Shown here piece by piece: positions 11,601 to 20,964 of a DNA stretch of 57,427 nucleotides. The stretch lies in the NCBI GenBank assembly GCA_013416795.1, contig RQSC01000306.1:1324-58750 (forward strand), read 5' to 3'. Source of the DNA: Prasinococcaceae sp. CCMP 1430 (lineage: Eukaryota > Plantae > Prasinodermophyta). The notes below the pieces were generated by a model. That model was given only the letters and a program-made list of their open reading frames with translations, had not been told where the DNA came from and made no database searches. How positions within the stretch are numbered: the first letter of the stretch is position 1; every line of letters starts with the position of its first letter. Made by a program: the position numbers and the translations under genes.

Positions 11601-14450
11601 ACGCGCCGTGCACGGACCTTCACCACCGCCGATGCCCCCTGGTCTCTAAATGCTCGTTCCATCCGCACCACAGGAACGCCGCTGTTCGCCTCAAGCACAT
11701 CCACCGCAAGCATATCACGACGCAGGCGCCACGCGACGCTCTTCGGCCGCGCCGTGCCAGCACTGACCCCACGCGTCACGAATGGGACGAATGCGTCGGG
11801 TGGAAAGCTCGACATTTCGGGAAAGGCAAGAAGGAGTCTCACGGCAGGGATCGACAGCGAGGCCTCAAGTCTGCAAGGGCCGCCACCCTCGTAGTCGCCT
11901 TCATCTCCATCCGTGCCACGATCCTTGCGTGTAGGCGCCGTCTCGGCTTCTTTATGACTGTCTGCGGTGCAAGCTGCACGGCCTGCAGCTGCTGCCATGC
12001 ACTCGAACACCCTCGCCAGGCGCGGCACGAGTGACGCGTCGAGGCATATCCCGAGCGGGCCGAGCTCCGCCTTGATTTCAAGCTCATCCAGCTGACCACG
12101 CCGACGCACCTGCAGCCGAGCGTCTGACCAACGCCCGGAACCACTGCGCGCGCCGCATGGTGCGTCCAGCCACAGGACCCGCCGCGCACGCAGCGGCGCG
12201 CGCACCTCTCGCATCCAGCGCGCTCCAATACCAGCGCCCCGCAGCTGTGCTGAGGCGCCTGCCAGCGCAGTGTACGCCTCGGCGATGAGCGCATCATCGT
12301 CTGAGCCACAGTGTAGGTGTTCCGACATCTGCAGCTCACCAGTCTGCACTTCGAACGCCCAGCTCGCACTACTCGAAGACACATCGGGTCCTTCGCCGGT
12401 GCGCAGTGACCCCACAGCCTCCAGGGTGTCCATTGAGAGCGTGATGGCCTCAGGCGGTGGCGCATCGCGCGTCTCGTCTGAGTACAGCAGCTGCAACGTG
12501 ATACGCGTCAGGCACGCAGAGATTTTGTAGCTCTCCGCCGCGGGGATACCGCCGGCCGGCGCGCCACCCTCATCCCCCAAATGGTCACCGTCGCGTGCTT
12601 CGCCCGAGCTGGCTGTCTGTGTGTCCTCACCAATGACGTCTGACATCCACTGACCCCATGCGCCCCAAGATGCCTGTCCGCTCTCGCGAGCATCAGGTGC
12701 GTTGGGGTCGTAGTACATGCTCGCCGACATGTCCATGCCCTCCACTCTCGGCGGCACGGCCATGGCCTCTGGGTCATGCAGCAGGCCCTCGAGAATGGTG
12801 CTCGCACCCAGTGCGTGCGCGTGCGCGTGCGCGTCTGTACATCCACTACCCGTCTCCGCGTCCGCCTCCGCCTCGTGTGTCTCTCCAGCGGCGGCAAGCA
12901 AGGCAAACAGACGTGCAAGCTGCCCTGGAGATGCACGGGCGCACGCGTCCTCGAACTCGACGCGCGCGTCCACTCGCGGCACTGCCTGCGCGGGGTCGCG
13001 GGTCGCGAGGCGTACACGCGCGAACACGCGGCCGCTCACACCCACTGCTGCGGATTTAGCGCCGCCGAGGATCACGCACCGCTCAGAGGGTGCGCGCGCT
13101 TCGACGCCCCCGCCTGCGCGGCGCGCGCTCGTCGCAGTATCGTCATCGGCACCAGTGGTATGGTCGGCCGCGCCGTCGCCACCGTGTTCGCTAGCTGTCG
13201 CCGCGTCGCTTTCGTTCAGCATCGACTCTTCGCCCGTCCAAGCCGCTGAGCCTGCTGAATGGAAGCTGTCAGCCATGCCAGACATGGCCGACTGGGCCAG
13301 TAGACTTCCATGCATGCTGCCGTACACGCTTCCCTGCATGCTATTGCGTACACCATAGACGCCGCCGCTGCCCCCACGCCCATCGCTTGCGACACTAGCG
13401 CCGCTGCTTGCGCTGTCGATGTCACCAGCGCCCCCGGCACCCCCTATTCGTGCATCCGCGCCGTGCGCAGCCCCGGGTAGCCCCCCCGCGGCGTCCTCGC
13501 CCCTGCGTACGCTCGCTCCGCACGGTCGCTCGAGCGCGATGCTCAGTCCGCTGAAGCGCAGCACCTTGGAGATGTGGTCGCGTTCCGTGTCTTGTGAGAA
13601 GAGCCACATACCAGCAGCGGCTCCGCCTGCGTCGCCCGCGCCCTCCAACTCTCCGTCCTCGTCGCACTCTTGCTCCTCCCCGCGAAAGTCAAGCTCGGCG
13701 ACACGCACCACGATGTCGCTCTCGCCATCCTGGCCGCTGCTCTTGACACTCGGGCCAGCGCCAGGCGCTACGAGTCGCACGCGCGCATTCGTCACGCGCG
13801 CGCGCAGACGCAGTAGTATGCGCCGCACGAGCGAGCCAATCATTTCCACGCTGTGCTCCTCGCTGCGAGCTCCTCCATCGTTTTCGCCGCAACGCACGCC
13901 CGGGTCCAGGCTGTCGCCGTGCGCTGTGCACGCTCCGGCGCCACCCTGTCTGCGCGTGCGCCCACAGGGGGCCATGCGCGCATCGAGGCCGTCAAGCTCG
14001 ATCACGCACGGCCGCGTGGCAATCCTCTCCCAGCTGAGGAGCACGCGCAGCGAGCGCACGCGCCCAGAGATGAAGCGCACACCCTGTGGCGGCGTTGGCA
14101 GGCAAGCGTCCGCGCGCGCGACCACACGAGAGCGGCGCACAGCGAGAAGCGTCAGCGCGCGGCTAGTGAGCGGCCCGTGGTCGCGCACTTGCTAGGGTGC
14201 GCGCGAGCGCGCATCCGCGCAGACTCGTTCGTGTGGCGCGCACCTGCACCCCCTCGACGTCGCTCCCCGCGAGGAGCGCGTTCAAGTAGGCACCGTCGAG
14301 CGCAATGTCGCGCAGCTCGAGTGCGCCACCGCTGATTGACACGTCGAGCTGCTCGACGCTGAGCTCGCCCTCGAGCAGTGGGCCGAGCAGCCGAAGCAGC
14401 GCGAAGCGATACACGCGCTTAAGCAGGTACTCGGCCGCACCGAACACCAT
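8632..14450 (-). CDS. ATG2: Autophagy-related protein 2 (about 1850 aa, 3 exons: 14450-14244, 14083-9311, 9201-8632)
   Basis: Chorein_N-like start MVFGAAEYLLKRVYRFALLRLLGPLLEGELSVEQLDVSISGGALELRDIALD; C-terminal VRVDYLPRKLDTAALQDGQLSQLLNLAPW..FLEDI matches ATG2; both introns are GT-AG and in frame. Confidence 0.88.
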
Positions 14451-14489
14451 GGTCTGCCTTCCCGCCGCGCGTGCGCGCACTGGCGGAAA

Positions 14490-14534
<45 letters not shown>
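14490..14534 (+). repeat. 45-nt poly-G homopolymer about 40 bp upstream of the ATG2 start
   Basis: Direct count of the G run. Confidence 0.95.
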
Positions 14535-14535
<1 letters not shown>

Positions 14536-14754
14536 ACCACCCCGCTGCGCACTCGCTGCGAAAACGCGCTGCGTTGCCTTCGCCTCACCCACCCACCCCT
14601 CCCTCCGCCCTTTCCCCGTGCGCCGTGCCGCTTCCCCCGCCACCACACACACACACCACCACCCGACTGCTCCTCCACCACCCACCCACCCCAGCCCGCC
14701 CGCGATCTCGCCGCGCGGCGCCGCGCGCGATCCTCTGCGCGCGCGCGCGCCCGG

Positions 14755-15872
14755 GGTTGAGGTTGAGGCCCTCCGAGCATGGAATAGGAATGGAAACAGG
14801 TAATATTCGTTTACAACACGGTCTGCCCCAACACATCCTGGAGGTCCCAACCGGGGCTGAGACCCGCACCCCCGTACGTCGCATGGGAGGTTGAGGCCGA
14901 TTGAGGCCAATCGATGGTTGGGGTGAAAAGCGCAGATGCAGGTAGGGTCCTCGTCTGAGCGCCCCTCGATGAGGGTCTGTCCTCTGGCCCTGCGCAGAGC
15001 CATACAAAACGTACGCAGATCCAAAAACGGGGGGATTGGCGAGGTGAGTTTGCATTGGGGCCTTTTTTTGGACGGATCTTGGACGCTTTGGACGGCTCAT
15101 TTTTGACCTCTCAATTTTGAATGCGTTTGATGGTACGTTTCGTTTTTGGGGTGTACGTTTCGAAACGTACCATCAAATCCCATGTGCGCGTTTCTGTACG
15201 TTTCGGGCCCCGTCCAAAACTTTGATCGCATGCTTTTTGATTAGGCGCGCCGAAGCGCATGATCAAATAGCATGCGATGCCGTCCAAAACTTGCTTAGAT
15301 GCTATTTGATTAGGCGCGCCGAAACGTACCGATACGTACAGGCACCCGCAGTTAGTACCGATTTTGGCGGGACGTGTTGTTCACTGAACCGATTCGGCGA
15401 GTCATTGTGCCCTCTAAATCATCCGTCCAAAATCCGCGCCGAAACGTACCGATACGTACAGACACCCGCAGTTAATACCGATTTTGGCGGGACGTGTTGT
15501 TCACTGAACCGATTCGGCGAGTCATTGTGCCCTCTAAATCATCCGTCCAAAATCCGCGCCCACAGATCCGCGCGCGCGGATCCCCCGCCCGCCGCGCCCC
15601 CCCGCAGGCAGGCGTGGATCAGCCCCGCGCGCACGGACCTCGGCCCGCGCGCGCGCGGACCGTCCGAAACACCCCGAAACGCCCCCGAAAAGCCCACTCG
15701 GACGGGCCTCGGCGGCGAAAAATGCATGCGCGTCTTTCGCGCGGGCGCGCGCGCGCGCGGGGGAGTCTCCCGTGGGCCTCGCGCGCGATTCGGGTTGGCT
15801 GGCGCCGGCCTCATTAAAAACCATACGGGGGGTCCCAACGGCCATTTTTTGGGGTTTGATCTGGAGACCCTA
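14755..15872. mobile_element. Unclassified non-coding repeat element, copy A (left boundary approximate)
   Basis: AT-richer island with no credible CDS; repeated CCGTCCAAA / TTTGGACGG motifs in both orientations; 17-bp inverted repeat 15126-15142/15161-15177; last ~190 bp shared with 17835-17997. Confidence 0.55.
15321..15560 (+). repeat. Two tandem 120-bp units (15321-15440, 15441-15560)
   Basis: GAAACGTACCGATACGTACA...ATCCGTCCAAAATCCGCGCC twice, with two substitutions seen. Confidence 0.95.
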
Positions 15873-16557
15873 AACCCTACCCTGAACTAACCCCGGCGCG
15901 CGCCCTCGCGGCACCGGGTGCGGGCGGGGCGGCATGGGGGGGAAGGGGGATGCGAGGGCGGAGGGGCGCGGAGGGGCACACAGCGCGCGGTGTGAAGGTT
16001 TTTGGAGGGGCCAGGGTGGTCCCCCGGCGAGGTGCGTGCGCCGGGCGCGCGCGACGCGCCGCGCTTTGGCGAACGTCGTGGCGTTCAGACGCAGCGCTGT
16101 GATCGCTTCCCCTTTTTCGAGTGATAAGGGGCGGGGGGCGTCAGCCCCGCCCTCCGTGCCCTCTTACAGTCCTCCCCCTAGCTCCCCGCGCACTATCCCG
16201 TCGCTTTATGGGGTGTGTGCCTCCTGTGGTGCTCTTCAGAAATGCAAGCATGTGGCTCTCCAACCGGTTCTGCTGGCTCTCCATCCGCACGAGCCTGTCG
16301 TTGATGGCCGCGGCAGTTCCTGCGCGAAACCCCCCCATCCCGCCCCCTCTCGCCCATGCCCCCCCTTCCACGCGCGCAGTGGCGGCCGCGCGGCGCGCAC
16401 GCGCCGCCGNCCCCGTGGCGAGGGGTGCGCGGCCGCGAGAGCGCGCGGCGGCGGGGAGGCCCGCGCGGGCGCCAGAGCGCGGGCGGTGCGCGAGGGGGGA
16501 GAAGAGGGGCGAACGGGGACGCGTAGGGACGGTGGGGGGGCGGAGGAGCCGGTGGCG

Positions 16558-17261
16558 ATGGAGGACTTCGAGGTGCGGGCGCGCGGCCGCCGCGCGACGC
16601 CCCTCGCAACCCCTTTCTCGGCACGCCTCCCTGTGCGCGCTGCGCTGCAGAGGCGCGAACGATGCGGAGGGGGTGGGGCGGGGGACACGGGGGATCAGGG
16701 GATGTGCGCGGGGCGAGCGCGGGCGTGTCGAGGATGGGCCGGTGTGCGTGGTGCGTCTGCGCGTGCGCGCGCTGACCCGACGGTATCGCGCTCTTGTCCC
16801 TGCGTCCGGCGCGACGGGTGCGTGCTCAGGTCGAGGAAGCGAAGCAGAGCGCAGCGGACGCGCTCTCGCAGGCGTCGGTGGTGTCGATGCTTGCGATGGC
16901 CTCGGGACGCTCACCGGCACGCGTGAGGATCGGTCTCATGCGTGAGCTCGCGGGCATGGCCGATGTGGAAGCTCAGCGCGAGGAGGCGCGCCAGCAGCAC
17001 GCGCGCGAGCATCCGCCGGCACAGCAGCAGCAGTGGACCTCGGCTGCCGGGCTGGCTTCAGCTCCCCCTCCGGCTTCGTTCGCCGTCGTCGTCGTCGGCG
17101 GCGGCGGTGGCGCTGGCCGGGGCGGGGCCGAGGCCGAGAGCCGCGCGATCCCTTCGACCCCTCCGGTCCCAGGCAGGCGCGCAGCGCGTGCGCGCACCAT
17201 CATGGCACACACACGCATGCATGCGTATATATGCGCTCCTGCATCTCACGCGCAGCGATAG
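16558..17261 (+). CDS. Small spliced ORF (MEDFE|VEEAKQSAADALSQ...); either an independent hypothetical protein or the 5' exons of the pheophytinase gene
   Basis: ATG 16558, GTGCGG donor 16573, CTCAG acceptor 16829, in-frame continuation with coding-like GC3; no recognised family. Confidence 0.45.
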
Positions 17262-17997
17262 TACGCACTGTACCATCGGATGGTACATATGGGGTGGGAT
17301 TCGTTCCACCTCCCCCCCCTGCAAGAAACGCTCTCAGCTCCCCCTTTGGGTTAGATTGTTTGAGGTTTATGGCCTTCGCCCTTCGGGCGAAGGCCAATTT
17401 GAATGGATTGTGAAAAGCGATCCACATTAGAACATATATGTAGACCCTTTATATAATTTTGAATGAAATCGATGAATATTTTTTTTCCCAAGTTTACATC
17501 AAATGAATGTAGAAGGGGGGGGAGGTGGAGCGTACGCAGGGGGAGGTGGAGCGAATGTTGGGGTGAGCTGGTTCGTGAGCTCGTGATATAGAAAATGCAT
17601 GTTGCGCTGAAACCCTTCGCAATGCATTTGATGTAGATGCAGTACAAAATGCACCGACGCTTCTTGGCATGGTTTCTATCAAAAACGGAAAATGTCACGC
17701 TCCAGCTCCCCCCCCCCACCGCGGAAAGCGGGGGGGCGCCGGTGGATCCGAATCCCGCGCGCGCGCGTCGAATCCGCACCCCCCCGGGAGCGGGATCCGC
17801 GGCGCGCGCGCGCACCCCCGGAACGGCCGCGCCGGGCGCCCGAAAAGCCTACCCGGACGGGCCTCGGCGGCGAAAAATGCATGCGCGCCTTTCGCGCGGG
17901 CGCGCGCGCACGATTCGGGTTGGCTGGCGACGGCCTCATTAAAAACCATACGGGGGGTCCCAACGGCCATTTTTTGGGGTTTGATCTGGAGACCCTA
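17262..17997. mobile_element. Unclassified non-coding repeat element, copy B
   Basis: AT-rich island; palindrome TGTACCATC-G-GATGGTACA (17269-17287); 12-bp-stem hairpin 17370-17396; right end near-identical to copy A, ending GATCTGGAGACCCTA; TAG on both flanks (17259-61, 17996-98). Confidence 0.6.
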
Positions 17998-17998
17998 G

Positions 17999-19379
17999 CA
18001 CACGAAGGCCGACGCCGCGGCCGGCGGCGCAGCTGGCGAGACGCCGTCGCGCTACTGGCGTTGGCGCGGATTCGACGTGCACTATGAGCTCCACGATGGC
18101 ACGGGGGCCGGCGTGGAAACCCGTGACGGCGCGCCTGATGCCGATGTCGTCTTCGTCGCAGGCTTCGGCTGTGGCACGTTCCACTTCGAGCGCAACCTCG
18201 CGCCGCTCGCCGCAGCCGCAGGATGCCGCACGTTCGCGATGGACATAGCAGGTCAGGGCAAGAGCTGGCCCGTCGAGGTGGCGCCCCTGAATGCGAGTGG
18301 ACACTCCTACGACGCAGAGCTATGGGTCGAGCAGCTCTCGAGCTTCGTCGACGAGGTCGTGCGCGGGGGGCGGAAGGATGGGCTGGCTGAGAGGCGAGTG
18401 TTTCTTGTCGGAAACTCGCTTGGAGGTTACCTCTGTGCCGCGGCTGCCGAGAGGCTCGCACGCGCGAGCGCAGTCGAAGGTGTCGTGCTGCTTAATGCTA
18501 CACCCTTCTGGGGCTCGACGGCGGTGCTGCCGGAGTGGTTGTGGAGAGGGGCGTTGCCCGTGCCGCGTCCGCTGCGTTCTCTCGTGACTTCCTACTGGGA
18601 CTTCTTTCGGAGCGAAGGCAACATCGCGCGCCTGCTCGCGCTGGTGTACGCGCGGCCCGACGTGACGCTCTCGCGGGGTGGGGGCGACGGGAGGGCCGCG
18701 CGGGACAAGGAAGGCGCAGACTACGCGCAGCTGGTCGCAGACATTCGCGCGCCCAGCGAGCACCCCCACGCGCTTGACGCCTTCTGCTCCATTCTGCTCT
18801 CGCCAGCGCTGGCGGCGCCACCGGGCGCGGGTAAGCTCACGGGAGCGTTCGACGCGGCGCTCGCGTCGTTGTCATCTTCCGGAGTCAAGGTCGTACTTTT
18901 GAACGGAGAGGAAGACCCTTGGGTTGTGCCCGCCTGGGGCCGGCGCGCCAAGCGTATGGTGCCGGGGGCGACGCTGGTGGAGATCAGCCCCGCGGGGCAC
19001 TGCCCGCATCATGAGGTGCGCACGAATGGCGCGCACGCGCATGCGTGCCGACCCTCGCGCCCCATTTGCGTGTGTGCAAAGTGCGTGACGCAGATGTGCG
19101 TGTCGAGCGCGCTCGCGCGTGCATCGTCACGCGCTAGCTGACAGCTGCATGCAGGCGCCCGCCCTGACCAACGAGCTCCTGCGGTGTCTGGTGACGAGCG
19201 GAGGAGTTGATACGCCCGCGGCACTCGCCGCTGCCGAGGCCGCGTCACGTGCGGAGGCTGCTGACCCGCGCGCAGCGCGCGTGGCCGTCCGCGCGCGCGC
19301 TGTGCGCGACGGCTCGCCGCAAACATTGCTTGGCAAGGTTGTCGCTGCGGCGGAGGAGCGAGGATGGGCGCAATTGTGA
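17999..19379 (+). CDS. PPH: Pheophytinase-like alpha/beta hydrolase; 5' exon(s) lie upstream of element B
   Basis: YWRWRGFDVHYE, VVFVAGFGCGTFHFE, DIAGQGKS, VFLVGNSLGGY (nucleophile Ser), LLNATPFWG, GEEDPWV, ISPAGHCPHHE|APALTNELL; intron 19017-19153. Confidence 0.85.
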
Positions 19380-19427
19380 TGGCGGGCGAGCATTCTGTCT
19401 TGTAAGATGCGGTGTACAATACTCACT

Positions 19428-20826
19428 CTAGGGCAAGGCCATCACAACGGCCTTCGCCTCAGCCGCGGCCGCCTTCGCATCGGCGGCCTTGGCCTCTGCC
19501 TTGGACGCAGCCTCGGCTTCGGCCTTGGCGATGGTGGCCGCCTCAGCAGCGGCCTCGGCCTCGGCAGCAGCCTCGGCATCGGCCTTGGCAGCGGCCTCGC
19601 GTTCGGCGTTGGCAGCGGTCTCGGCAGCAGCAGCGGCGGCAGCGGCGGTCTCGGCAGTGGTAGCGGCCTCCGCCGCAGCCTCGGTCTCGGCCTTGGACCC
19701 AACCAAGGTGGGCTGCACGTATCGCGCGCGCGTGTCAGCGCTGGTGGGATGCGCATCAAAGAGGCGCCAGTGTGCGTGTCAAGCGGGTGGCGGTGCGCAA
19801 GCCCGACCGACTGCTCGAGCTTGCGTGCACGAGGCGCTCTCGCGCCGGCGTACCTCGCCGTCGATGAACTCGTAAGTCACGTAGCCCATGCTATCGCCCG
19901 CCTTGGCAGCCGCCTCGGCGGCGGCGGCGGCGGCAGCAGCCACAGCTTCGGTTTGCGCTTTGACTGCGGCCTCGGCCTCGGCTTTGGAGACAGCCTCAGC
20001 AACAGCCTTGGCGGCAGCCTCGGCAGCAGCCTTCGTTGCCGAAGCAGCCTCGGCCTTGGCAGACGACGCTGCCTCAGCGGCGGTCGCCTTCGCAATAGCG
20101 GCTTCGGCCTCCGCAATTGCGGCAGCCTCGGCCTCGGTCGCAGCCTTGGCTTTCGCCTCCGCCTCGGCCTTCGCCTTCGCCTCAGCCTCGGCCTTGGCCT
20201 TCGCCTCGGCCTCGGCCTTCGCCTTCGCCTCAGCCTCGGCCTTCGCCTTCGCCTCGGCCTCGGCCTTGGCCTTCGCCTCCGCCTCGGCCTTCGCCTTCGC
20301 CTCCGCCTCGGCCTTTGCCTTCGCCTCCGCCTCGGCCTTCGCCTTCGCCTCGGCCTCGGCCTTCGCCTTCGCCTCGGCCTCGGCCTTCGCCTTCGCCTCC
20401 GCCTCGGCCTTCGCCTTCGCCTCCGCCTCGGCCTTCGCCTTCGCCTCAGCCTCCGCCTTGGCCTTCGCCTCAGCCTCCGCCTTGGCCTTCGCCTCCGCCT
20501 CGGCCTTCGCCTCGGCCTCGACCTTGGCGAGGGCCTGGGCCTTCGCCTGGGCGGCAGCCGCGGCCTCGGCCATGAAGACCTTCAGAACCTCTGGATTGGT
20601 GGCAGGAGCGGCCTCGGCCTCGGCTTCGACCTTGGCGAGGGCTTGGGCCTTCGCCTGGGCGGCGGCCGCGGCCTCGGCCATGAAGACCTTCAGAACCTCT
20701 GGATTGGTGGCAGGAGCGGCCTCGCCCTTGGCATCGGCGTTCGCGAGGGCCTGGGCATTGGCCTGAGCGGCCGCCGCGGCTTCGGCCTTGAAGACCTTCA
20801 GGACTTCTGGGTTGATGGCAGCAGCC
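19428..20826 (-). CDS. Ala/Glu/Lys repeat protein (3 x 36-aa repeat, then 15 x AEAEAKAK); intron 19713-19853; start not identified
   Basis: Open frame with synonymous third-position variation that preserves the octamer; GTACGC..GCAG intron joins [11 protein letters not shown]|PTLVGSK; stop at 19428. Confidence 0.7.
20143..20502 (-). repeat. 15 tandem 24-bp units encoding AEAEAKAK
   Basis: Counted unit by unit (plus strand GCCTTN GCCTTC GCCTCN GCCTCS). Confidence 0.95.
20521..20826 (-). repeat. Three 108-bp coding repeats (NPEVLKVF(M/K)AEAAAAAQA..)
   Basis: TTCAG(A/G)AC anchor at 20581, 20689, 20797 (108-bp spacing). Confidence 0.9.
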
Positions 20827-20964
20827 TTTGTGTCGGTCGCCCGCACGGCATCCGCGCGTGTCAGCAGCGCGCCGGTGCTGGCCTTGCCGAGGCGCAAGCT
20901 GCGCGCACCGAGCACCGCGGTGGGCGGGCGCGCGGGGCGGACGCGCTCCGCCGCGCAGGTGGCG

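Noticed and set aside
15321-15560. Possible CRISPR array
   Set aside because: Two full-length 120-bp units with no unique spacers, no cas genes, and a eukaryotic context.
15117-15890. 257-aa ORF in element A as a transposase or real gene
   Set aside because: Non-ATG start, no catalytic motifs, repeats merely mirror the DNA tandem, and codon bias is unlike the real genes.
15868-15890. True telomere or chromosome end
   Set aside because: Only about 1.7 perfect CCCTAAA units, with genes continuing on both sides.
20143-20502. Z-DNA binding by the EAK proteins (zuotin analogy, given the GC-alternating introns)
   Set aside because: Only the low-complexity repeat is shared with zuotin. There is no zuotin J or ZHD domain, and the linked features point to the plastid.
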